A DNA stretch of 64,000 bases from a virus. This document shows, one piece after another, positions 27,005 to 35,145 of this stretch. The stretch's first letter is position 1, and each line of letters begins with the position of its first letter. The position numbers and the translations under genes are program-made. The stretch lies in the IMG/VR virus record IMGVR_UViG_3300027751_000015, positions 1,813 through 65,812 of that record. One strand, given 5' to 3'. The notes under the pieces are model-generated. The model was not told where the DNA came from. It did no database searches and saw only the letters and a list, made by a program, of their open reading frames with translations.

Positions 27005-28474
27005 ATGATTAATAAGTTTAGCCAATTTCTTGTTGAAGAAGAAAAGTCTATTTATTTTACGTTTGGTAGAATGAATCCTCCTACTATTGGCCATGGAAAA
27101 TTACTAGATGCTCTTGCCTCGAAAGCAGGACGTAGTCCTTATCGTGTGTATGTATCTCAATCGCAAGATAAGAAAAAAAACCCATTACAATATAAAGATA
27201 AAATAAAACATGCTAGAAAAATGTTTCCTAAGCATGCTAGATCTATTGTATCAAATAAAAAAGTAAAAACTATTATTGATGTTTTGGCAACACTTTATGA
27301 TGAAGGCTACCGTAATGTTTCTGTCGTCGTTGGCGCAGATAGACTTTCAGAATTTGATATACTATTAAATAAGTATAACGGTAAAAAGGGTAGGCATGGT
27401 TTTTATAACTTCAATAAAATTGATATAGTATCGGCCGGACAAAGAGATCCAGACGCTGAAGGGGCAGAAGGCGCTTCTGCTACTAAGCAAAGGCATGCAG
27501 CAAGTGAAGATGATTTTGTTTCATTTGCGCAAGGTCTTCCAAAGGCTATGTCTAATCCAGAAGCTAAAAAGTTATTTAATGATGTACGTAAAGGGATGGG
27601 CTTAAAAGAGGCCAAAGAGTTTAAAAACCATATTCAGTTAGATCCTGTATCAGACATAAGAGAAGCATATCTTAGAGATGATATATTCAAAACTGGCGAA
27701 GAAGTGGTAATGACAAGAAACGGTATTGTTGGAAATATTAAGTATCTTGGCACTAATTATTTAATCATCGAATCGAAGGGTGAGACCTGGAGATGTTGGT
27801 TAAATGACGTATCTAAAGTTAACCCGAACGATATTCCCCCTAAACACGCTACTGCAGATTTTGGCGCGACACCCGAAGATGGTCCGTACAGAAATATGAT
27901 TAGTGAAGAACGTCAGCCAGATTGGGGGACACCCGAGTCTGTAACCAAAGCAAAAGCAATGACTCCAGGCCAAGCCGACGAAGCTTGTTGGGATACTCAT
28001 AAACAAATTGGTACGAAGAAGAAGGGAAACAAGATGGTTCCTAATTGCGTACCAAAAGAGTCTCAAGACCAAGATATAAAAGATCGGCCAGGTTCTCAGC
28101 CTAAAAAATATCATGTAGGTTTGAGTAAAGCTCAAAAAATATCTAGAGACAGGCAGTTTAAAAAACAAGCTAATATGTCTGATAAAGATCCAGGTGCATA
28201 CAAACCTGCAGCAGGTGACGCCACAGCTAAAACAAAAACTTCAAAACACACTCTAAAATTTAGAAAAATGTTTGGTGAATCTTTAGCCACTACAGCAGCT
28301 AAAGATAAGATAAGTAGAGAAAAAGAAGCTGATAAAAAGAAACACGATAGAATGCTAGACCGTGCACGCTTAAAAGATGTAAAGGTAGCTAATATGAAAG
28401 AATATGGCGGGCCTCCGATCTCTAGAGCAGAATACTTAAAGCAAAAGCCAATGAAAGGGCCTAAGAATGGTTAG
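27005..28474 (+). CDS. HxGH nucleotidyltransferase (phage cytidyltransferase-like) with long C-terminal extension
   Basis: FTFGRMNPPTIGH, KNPL, VVGADR and SAGQRDPDAEG..G.SATK; MINKFSQFLVEE N-terminus. Confidence 0.8.
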   Translation: MINKFSQFLVEEEKSIYFTFGRMNPPTIGHGKLLDALASKAGRSPYRVYVSQSQDKKKNPLQYKDKIKHARKMFPKHARSIVSNKKVKTIIDVLATLYDEGYRNVSVVVGADRLSEFDILLNKYNGKKGRHGFYNFNKIDIVSAGQRDPDAEGAEGASATKQRHAASEDDFVSFAQGLPKAMSNPEAKKLFNDVRKGMGLKEAKEFKNHIQLDPVSDIREAYLRDDIFKTGEEVVMTRNGIVGNIKYLGTNYLIIESKGETWRCWLNDVSKVNPNDIPPKHATADFGATPEDGPYRNMISEERQPDWGTPESVTKAKAMTPGQADEACWDTHKQIGTKKKGNKMVPNCVPKESQDQDIKDRPGSQPKKYHVGLSKAQKISRDRQFKKQANMSDKDPGAYKPAAGDATAKTKTSKHTLKFRKMFGESLATTAAKDKISREKEADKKKHDRMLDRARLKDVKVANMKEYGGPPISRAEYLKQKPMKGPKNG

Positions 28475-28721
28475 ATTCGGCGCATACATTGCAGAAGATG
28501 CAACGGCTGGTTTAAAGAAAAAAGCCGAGAAATCAGGAATGCCATTGAGCGTTCTTCGTTCAGTTTATAATAGAGGTGTGGCCGCATGGAAAACCGGTCA
28601 TAGACCTGGTACGACTCCACAGCAATGGGGTTTTGCAAGAGTAAATTCATTTGTTACCAAATCATCTGGTACATGGGGAAAAGCAGACAAAGATCTAGCA
28701 GCGAAAGTAAGAGGCAAGTAA
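28467..28721 (+). CDS. DUF5824-like small protein
   Basis: KAEKSG...L..VYNRG.AAWKTGHRPG.TPQQW..ARVNSF; MVRFGAYIAE N-terminus. Confidence 0.7.
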   Translation: MVRFGAYIAEDATAGLKKKAEKSGMPLSVLRSVYNRGVAAWKTGHRPGTTPQQWGFARVNSFVTKSSGTWGKADKDLAAKVRGK

Positions 28722-30308
28722 ATGACCGTAAAATCAGCAGATAAAAAACCTGAAAAATATGTAGGACCTGATGGAAAACCAAAGATTCGTATGGTTTCTG
28801 TAGATAAAGAAGTTGTGAAGAATGAAGCATACGATGAGCCACAAGGCCAAGCAAAACGTATAGCGTCTCCATTACAAAAGGCTCGCATGGATAAAGAAAA
28901 AGCTGATCGCGATCGGGAGGGTAAACTAAAATCAGAAGGTAAAACTTTTGACCAAATTCGCAATGAAGCTTATTCTATGAAAGAAATGGTATGCGAATCT
29001 TGCGGTGATACATATGGTAAACCTACAAACGAAACCTGCATGTATGATGCTTATGATATGGCCGGAGAAAATTGGTGCAGCAGAAAAGAATATATTGCGG
29101 CTCAAAAGAAAAATGAAGCTAACACATATGTAGGTCAACGTGACAAAATGAAAATCATCGATCGTAAGCCTCACCCCGATGGTGGTCATATTGTGACTCT
29201 GCAAACACAAGCTGGTAAAACTATTAAGCGCCATTTAAAGAATGGTAAAGTCAAAGACATGAACGAAGCAAAACTGATGTCGGATGAAGATGTTGCCAAA
29301 ATGGTTGCTAAAAGATTAGATAATAGGAGAAATGCGGACAGCTATGACCAAATTGCAGTGATTAAAGATATTATGAATAAATCACCAAAGCAAAAAAGTC
29401 TTGCTACCGATAGAGAATTTATTGATGACGTCTTAGACATTCTATTCAAGAAATATAGATTCAGATCAAACCAGAGAAGAGAATCTGTTGAACTTGATGA
29501 AGCAAAGTTTTCGCCTAAACACGTCAAAATGGCAATAGGTATTGCATCCGATAAAAGATATAAGGGCGGCAATATGACTGGCGCTGTAAAAGCAATGGAC
29601 AAAATGAAACCTGGCATTTCGAATCATCCACAAGTTTCTGCTGTTTTGAAAAGACAAAATGAAGATATGAATGAAGAAACTCTCGATGAGTTAACAGCAG
29701 CCGAAAAGAAACTTGTCAATCAAATGTATGACAAAAAAGGTAACCTTACTCCACTAGGTAAAAGGGTTATGGATCATGGCAAAAAAGCAGCAGGCATCAA
29801 AGAAACATTTGGTCGTGCACGGTTTGCTCAACAGCTAAAGAAAAAGGGCGTTGATGTAAGTAAGTTGCATAATCAAAATGTTAAAGATGCTGCAGCGGCA
29901 AAAGAACGCCAAAAAGCAGCACAAACAGACTATGATAACTTTAAGAATAAAAAAGAATCGGTTGATGAAGTATTAGATACACCAAAAGCAATGGATAGTT
30001 ATCATAACAAAGCTAAAGCTCAAAGTGATCGTGCACGTAACTCTGCAACTGCAAAGATTGTAAGAGGAAATAAAGACATCTCAAAAGAAAAAGATGTTAT
30101 TCGCAAGCGCGAAAAAGGTATGGACATGGCTACGAACGTGAGAGCCAAGCAGTTTCGTAAATCAATTGGCAGAGGTTATAGCGGAGAAGCTACTATCCCT
30201 GATGGTCAGACAGCGCTTACTAAAAGAGACCCTATCAAGAAAAGTGATATGGATAAACTATCTGCAATTCGTAAAATGCTAGACAGAGAAAAGGCTATTA
30301 AGAAATAA
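28722..30308 (+). CDS. Modular basic/acidic late protein, probable internal head (poly)protein
   Basis: Repeated NE-A / LDE motifs separating short modules. Confidence 0.6.
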   Translation: MTVKSADKKPEKYVGPDGKPKIRMVSVDKEVVKNEAYDEPQGQAKRIASPLQKARMDKEKADRDREGKLKSEGKTFDQIRNEAYSMKEMVCESCGDTYGKPTNETCMYDAYDMAGENWCSRKEYIAAQKKNEANTYVGQRDKMKIIDRKPHPDGGHIVTLQTQAGKTIKRHLKNGKVKDMNEAKLMSDEDVAKMVAKRLDNRRNADSYDQIAVIKDIMNKSPKQKSLATDREFIDDVLDILFKKYRFRSNQRRESVELDEAKFSPKHVKMAIGIASDKRYKGGNMTGAVKAMDKMKPGISNHPQVSAVLKRQNEDMNEETLDELTAAEKKLVNQMYDKKGNLTPLGKRVMDHGKKAAGIKETFGRARFAQQLKKKGVDVSKLHNQNVKDAAAAKERQKAAQTDYDNFKNKKESVDEVLDTPKAMDSYHNKAKAQSDRARNSATAKIVRGNKDISKEKDVIRKREKGMDMATNVRAKQFRKSIGRGYSGEATIPDGQTALTKRDPIKKSDMDKLSAIRKMLDREKAIKK

Positions 30309-30309
30309 A

Positions 30310-30507
30310 ATGATTAGTAAGAAATGTAAACTGCATCTAGAAGAAGCAAATATGACAAGATGGCAGCACTTTAAGCATGCTTGTCATATTAGTTGGAGAC
30401 TTGAAAAAGCAGCATGGGCTGTATTTTTGCATGCCTTTGTTCCTAGATGGTTTACATCTACTGCTACAGATACTTGCAAAGATATAGTTAAGAGTGCTAA
30501 AAAATGA
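30310..30507 (+). CDS. DUF6356-like small protein
   Basis: HLEE.NMT.WQHFKHA...AVFLHAFVP..F pattern. Confidence 0.65.
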   Translation: MISKKCKLHLEEANMTRWQHFKHACHISWRLEKAAWAVFLHAFVPRWFTSTATDTCKDIVKSAKK

Positions 30508-30737
30508 TAGGTTTTAAGAGGTTCGTATCAGAAAAAAAATCTGAGACTTGGGAAGCCGGCTATAAGCGCCGTGTTATTAAGACTACAGATGCCGACCATA
30601 AAGCTGACGGGTATAATTGGAGAATCAAAGGTAAGGAACGTCCTGAGATTTCTATCAAGTTATATAAGTCTAAGCCTGATCAGGCAGAATTTAATAAGCA
30701 GATGCAAAGAGTAGCGGGGCACGAGTTCGGTGGATAA
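30504..30737 (+). CDS. Small late protein with capsid-targeting-like N-terminus
   Basis: MIGFKRFVSE start. Confidence 0.7.
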   Translation: MIGFKRFVSEKKSETWEAGYKRRVIKTTDADHKADGYNWRIKGKERPEISIKLYKSKPDQAEFNKQMQRVAGHEFGG

Positions 30738-31038
30738 ATTTAAGACATTCTACGAGAAAAAAGATCCTAGACTAGCAAAGGCTGGTGTATCAGGTTTTAA
30801 TAAAGCAAAGGGAACACCTAGCCATCCAACTAAATCTCATATTGTAGTAGCTAAAGATGGTGATAAAGTAAAAACAATTAGGTTTGGCCAACAGGGCGCT
30901 AGTACTGCAGGTGATCCAAAGGCTGGTGAATCGGCAAAAATGAAGGCAAAAAGAAAATCGTTTAAAGCACGTCATGGTAAAAACATTGCTAAAGGTAAAA
31001 TGTCAGCAGCTTATTGGGCTGATAAAGTAAAGTGGTAA
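30730..31038 (+). CDS. Small basic late protein (DUF6321-like)
   Basis: KTIRFGQQG...KSFKARH...SAAYWADKVKW; GTG start after GGAG-like SD. Confidence 0.7.
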   Translation: MDKFKTFYEKKDPRLAKAGVSGFNKAKGTPSHPTKSHIVVAKDGDKVKTIRFGQQGASTAGDPKAGESAKMKAKRKSFKARHGKNIAKGKMSAAYWADKVKW

Positions 31039-31042
31039 ATAG

Positions 31043-31050
31043 TATAAATA
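31043..31050 (+). promoter_or_regulatory. T4-type late promoter TATAAATA
   Basis: Exact consensus. Confidence 0.8.
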
Positions 31051-31078
31051 GTGTAAATAAAAGAATTGGAGCGGGCTG

Positions 31079-31372
31079 ATGCCTACTACAAAAAATACAG
31101 ACGTCTCAGACGCGCGGCTCGAACGAATAGAGGATAAAATGGATAAGATGGCCGAAGCTTTGGTTAGTCTAGCCAGATTTGAAGAAAAGATGGAAGCGTA
31201 TAATAAGTATCGCGAAGATTCTTGGGATAGAATGAATAAGTTCAGTGAAAAGCTTGATAGAATAGAAGATCAAGTAAAAGATAATGCACACACTGTGCAC
31301 GTAATTAACAAGTTGTTCTGGATAGCTATAGCTGTAGGCGCCAGTGCAATCGCAGCCCAGATATGGATGTAA
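31079..31372 (+). CDS. Coiled-coil protein with C-terminal TM segment
   Basis: RLERIEDKMD heptads; LFWIAIAVGASAIAAQIW. Confidence 0.7.
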   Translation: MPTTKNTDVSDARLERIEDKMDKMAEALVSLARFEEKMEAYNKYREDSWDRMNKFSEKLDRIEDQVKDNAHTVHVINKLFWIAIAVGASAIAAQIWM

Positions 31373-31381
31373 GGAAACACA

Positions 31382-32350
31382 ATGAATAAACACACAATTA
31401 GCAAAATGGCTGCGGCGTTGCAACAAGTCGCAGAAAGTAAACTTAACGAATTTGAGATCCCGGAAACTATTCAAGCTGCAGAACGCACTGCGTTTCACGG
31501 CGCGGCCGCTGGTGCTCATAAAGCTGGTAAATCTCATTTTAATTTTTCTGGTAAAAAATACCCAGTTACTATGAAAAAAGATACAGCAAATGCTATTGCT
31601 GACCAAAAAGAAAACAAGGGCGAAGAAGAAGTGGTAATGAATCCTAAAAAGGATAAGAAAGATAAAAAAGATCCCAATGTAGAAGCTGAAATGGCTACTG
31701 AAGAAACAGTAAACGAGCTTGATAAAAAGACTCTAGGCTCTTATATTAAAAAAGCAGGAGTTGATAGAGAAGTCCAGAAAGCCAAAGCTGCTCGTCATGC
31801 GGATGCTGGTGATATGGCTGATAAAGATAAAGACATGTATAAGCATTATGCTAAGTCTCAACGTGCTACGGATAAATCTAACAATCGTGTAAAGGGTATT
31901 AACAAAGCTGTGGATAAGCTTACTGCTAGCTATAAGAGTGAAAATAGTAAGGCGTCTTTAATGAAGAAGATTGCAAAAGCAGCTGCCACTACAGAAAAGG
32001 GTAAAGCTGCAGTAACACTTCCAAAGGCTCCTTTTGAAATTCCGAAAAAGGAATCAGTAGAATGGCCAGTATATTCTCGTATTATGGAAAAGCGTGCTGA
32101 TCACTATAAGAGCGCCACAGCTCCTGAAGATTGGAACGAAAAAGAAAAAAATAATGCCGGTTCTATGAAAATGAAAGCTGATATGAAAGCGAATAGTCCA
32201 GACGTTATTGATATAGAAAAAGATGGACATGATGATGCATCTAAAGCAGCAAGATCAGGGCCTGCTACAAAGGCTAGATCTAATGATAATAAAGCTGGTG
32301 ATAAAAAAATAATCAATCCAGCTAAAGGTGTAGTAACTAAAGAAACCTAA
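31382..32350 (+). CDS. Probable internal head protein
   Basis: K/A/E-rich; VNELDKKTLGSYIKKA module. Confidence 0.6.
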   Translation: MNKHTISKMAAALQQVAESKLNEFEIPETIQAAERTAFHGAAAGAHKAGKSHFNFSGKKYPVTMKKDTANAIADQKENKGEEEVVMNPKKDKKDKKDPNVEAEMATEETVNELDKKTLGSYIKKAGVDREVQKAKAARHADAGDMADKDKDMYKHYAKSQRATDKSNNRVKGINKAVDKLTASYKSENSKASLMKKIAKAAATTEKGKAAVTLPKAPFEIPKKESVEWPVYSRIMEKRADHYKSATAPEDWNEKEKNNAGSMKMKADMKANSPDVIDIEKDGHDDASKAARSGPATKARSNDNKAGDKKIINPAKGVVTKET

Positions 32351-32362
32351 GGAGATTTATAT

Positions 32363-32743
32363 ATGGCTATGATTAAACCACCTGCATGGTGTGCTGACGC
32401 GATTCCAGGTAAAAACGGTTGGACTGATGCCAAAACTGGAGAAGTTTATCAGTCTAATCGTTTTACTAAAGCTCAGATTGATGAATTTATGGGAGTATCT
32501 ACACCTCCTGCTAAAGTTCAAAAGCCTGTACTAGAAGATTTAACAGATCTTATTACTGAAGGCAAAATTCGTGCAGCTGAAATTGAAATGGAAAAAGACT
32601 TAGAGTATACTAAGGATCCAGATGATATATCTAATATGAATAAAAAAGAACTAGAAAAACTAGCTCGTGAGCATGGAGTTGAACTCGATCGTCGTAAATC
32701 TAAAAAAGCACTACTTACACAGCTTCGATCTATTCTAAAATAA
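32363..32743 (+). CDS. Hypothetical protein with C-terminal Rho_N/HeH-like domain
   Basis: MNKKELEKLAREHGVELDRRKSKKALL. Confidence 0.65.
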   Translation: MAMIKPPAWCADAIPGKNGWTDAKTGEVYQSNRFTKAQIDEFMGVSTPPAKVQKPVLEDLTDLITEGKIRAAEIEMEKDLEYTKDPDDISNMNKKELEKLAREHGVELDRRKSKKALLTQLRSILK

Positions 32744-32749
32744 AGATTA

Positions 32750-33118
32750 ATGAAATTATTTGATAAACTGAGTGAGGACAATTTTGTCTTGTACGCAGCA
32801 AGACATTATTATAAACCCAATGTCATTGACGCTGAAGAATTCTATGATGATTTAAAAAGATTTATTTATCTTAGAAGATTGCTTAAAAAATATTATGGAG
32901 GCGGCGAGCTATCAGAAAGATTGATACTAAATCATATAATAGTTATTTTTAACTTATTTGATGTTGAGGCCTCGCTGAAAATGTTAGACTATCAAATAGA
33001 AAATAAGTATTGGCCTATAGTAAAACCGTTTTTAGTATATTTAAGGCATATCCATAATAATCAGTATACGCAAATTGATATGGATAAAGAAGTAATAGAG
33101 AGACTAAGGAAAATATAA
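32750..33118 (+). CDS. Conserved T4-like hypothetical protein
   Basis: L..DNF.LYA..HY..P...EEF.DDLKRF.Y..RL...ERLILNHII pattern. Confidence 0.75.
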   Translation: MKLFDKLSEDNFVLYAARHYYKPNVIDAEEFYDDLKRFIYLRRLLKKYYGGGELSERLILNHIIVIFNLFDVEASLKMLDYQIENKYWPIVKPFLVYLRHIHNNQYTQIDMDKEVIERLRKI

Positions 33119-33717
33119 TGGGTATTATAAAAAGAGCTGGTGACTTAGTTTACACCTTCAGGTTTCTTAGATTGCTGACAACTGCCTTCGAAGATACAGA
33201 AGCTTATAAGCTTGGTATTATAGATAAGGATGGTAAAAGAATTAAAAGCTATGATCTCGATAATATGGAAAAACGAGATGACTATAGAAACTACTTTACG
33301 CCGTTCCATCGATTAGTTTTTAATATTAAAAAGTTAATGGCCAAAGTACCAGGCGGAAAAACCAAGTTTGCATCATATGCAGCTGCTCTTTTTTTATTGA
33401 AAGAAAAGTATAGTATAACTGATAAACAAATTAAAGAGGGAATGCTTCATTTTGGTATCGACACTCTAGATTTTTTAGACGAGCAAAGTGACTGGTTTGT
33501 TCTGGAGGATACAAGTCTATCTCCTGGAATTTACAAAGTTTTAAACTCTAAAGTTTTAAATGATACTATGTCTGAAATGGTTATGCCACGAGATAAAATA
33601 CGAGTTAACGATAAATGCTATCCTATAGGTGAAATGTTTGGAATAAATATATACGAAGCTACTCATATAAGAACTAATTCTAAAATATATGTTTCAGTTG
33701 GTGAATTAGCCAGATGA
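33118..33717 (+). CDS. Conserved T4-like hypothetical protein
   Basis: DLVYTFRFLRLL...AYKLGIID..G...TPFHRLVFNIK...SYAAALFLLKE. Confidence 0.75.
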   Translation: MGIIKRAGDLVYTFRFLRLLTTAFEDTEAYKLGIIDKDGKRIKSYDLDNMEKRDDYRNYFTPFHRLVFNIKKLMAKVPGGKTKFASYAAALFLLKEKYSITDKQIKEGMLHFGIDTLDFLDEQSDWFVLEDTSLSPGIYKVLNSKVLNDTMSEMVMPRDKIRVNDKCYPIGEMFGINIYEATHIRTNSKIYVSVGELAR

Positions 33718-34181
33718 CACCTAAATGGAAAAAAGCTGGGCCCAACGGTGAACAAGAAATAAAATTTCCTACCGGTCGTAAATTCCTTGTTGAAAAACAG
33801 TTGGACGCAAATTTGCGACATAGGGGAGAGTGGAAAGTAATGGAGTGGGATGCTCGTACTAATGATTGGGAATGGGGCGACACGTATAGTCCTAAAGGAT
33901 ATGCCAAAGAAATGGTAATGAAAATGGGTCAATACGATAAAAGAGGTAAAAAGGTGGCAGACTATTCAAAAACATTTAAGTTCGAATCTGTAGATGAAGA
34001 AGTCACTACTACAGCTGATGCTGGCATACCTCACGATACAAAGGATATGGGCCCAAGTAGATTACCTACGAATATATTGCGTAGGGATATTGGGCGGCCT
34101 ATTAACGTTACTGATAGGCGGCGGAGAAAGGATAAGACTCCTAGAATATTAAAAAAGTTTAGGAAATATATAGATGGCTAA
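33714..34181 (+). CDS. Late hypothetical protein
   Basis: Coupled ORF; internal ESVDEE motif. Confidence 0.65.
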   Translation: MTPKWKKAGPNGEQEIKFPTGRKFLVEKQLDANLRHRGEWKVMEWDARTNDWEWGDTYSPKGYAKEMVMKMGQYDKRGKKVADYSKTFKFESVDEEVTTTADAGIPHDTKDMGPSRLPTNILRRDIGRPINVTDRRRRKDKTPRILKKFRKYIDG

Positions 34182-34593
34182 ATTATATTTAATTATTATT
34201 GTAGTAAGCTTATTAAGCGGCGTCGGTTATGGCGGATATAACTATTATATCTGGTCAGAAGCTACAATAGGGACTTTAAGAGAGAATAATGTAAAACTTA
34301 AAACTGCAACAGAAACGCTACAAGATACTATTGTACAGATTGAAGCTAATGCAGAAAAAAATGAAGAACTAAATAAAAATTTAACAAAACAACTGCAACA
34401 ATCTCAGCAACACTTAGATAAACTCAGAGGTGTATTTGCTAAGATAGATTTGACTATGGAGGCGTTAACAAATGCACAAGGACTTGAAGACAGAGTTGAC
34501 CGGGCGGTCGGCAGATTACTCGAAAAAATTGAATCTGAAACTACTCCTGCCAGCGATGAGCCTGATGCTCCTGACGGGGTGTCTGGGAGGTAG
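34174..34593 (+). CDS. Putative i-spanin (Rz-like)
   Basis: N-terminal TM plus periplasmic coiled coil; overlapped by a downstream lipoprotein gene. Confidence 0.65.
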   Translation: MAKLYLIIIVVSLLSGVGYGGYNYYIWSEATIGTLRENNVKLKTATETLQDTIVQIEANAEKNEELNKNLTKQLQQSQQHLDKLRGVFAKIDLTMEALTNAQGLEDRVDRAVGRLLEKIESETTPASDEPDAPDGVSGR

Positions 34594-34918
34594 AGCACCC
34601 GAGACTGAAGTAGTACTTCAAACAGAATATTCTAAACAAAACGTTCCTATTCAAGAACGTCCTAAAGCTGTACAGTTTCCTCCTGTCGATTGGTATGTGG
34701 TAACTGAAGAAAATTTAGACGAAAAACTAGCAGAGCTTGAGGCCAAGACTGGCAATGTAGTGTTCTTTGCAATTACTCCGAAGGGGTATGAAAACTTGGC
34801 GTTAGGTATTGCTGAAATGCGTAGATATATAAAAGATACTCAAGCTATTATTGGATATTATGAAGAAGCGCTGACTGAAGAAGCTCCAGAAGCACCTGTA
34901 AATCAAAATACAGAATAG
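34529..34918 (+). CDS. Putative o-spanin (Rz1-like lipoprotein)
   Basis: Signal LNLKLLLPAMSLMLLTG-C lipobox in a different frame, overlapping the i-spanin 3' end. Start is TTG 34529 or ATG 34556. Confidence 0.65.
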   Translation: MNLKLLLPAMSLMLLTGCLGGRAPETEVVLQTEYSKQNVPIQERPKAVQFPPVDWYVVTEENLDEKLAELEAKTGNVVFFAITPKGYENLALGIAEMRRYIKDTQAIIGYYEEALTEEAPEAPVNQNTE

Positions 34919-35031
34919 ATCTATCCACTCCAAAAAACTCTTAATTTATTATACACGGATTTCCAGGTTTGTAAACCCATAAAACGCATAAAAAAATAAT
35001 ATTTTTATTTTAAATATTACTCTTTTTGCCG

Positions 35032-35060
35032 TTTCCAATTCCGTGAAAATGATATATAAT
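35032..35060 (+). promoter_or_regulatory. Promoter TTTCCA-N17-TATAAT upstream of RNR
   Basis: 17-nt spacer; consensus -10. Confidence 0.5.
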
Positions 35061-35145
35061 CCTACCAATAAAATAAATTATTACACACCCGTGCAAAGAT
35101 ACGCTTTGCGCGTACAATGTTTCTTTCCAAAACCGAGGTTATCAT

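Noticed and set aside
35098-35114. GCAAAG/CTTTGC inverted repeat upstream of RNR as an NrdR box or B12 riboswitch
   Set aside because: It is a short hairpin only, with no convincing match to either consensus.
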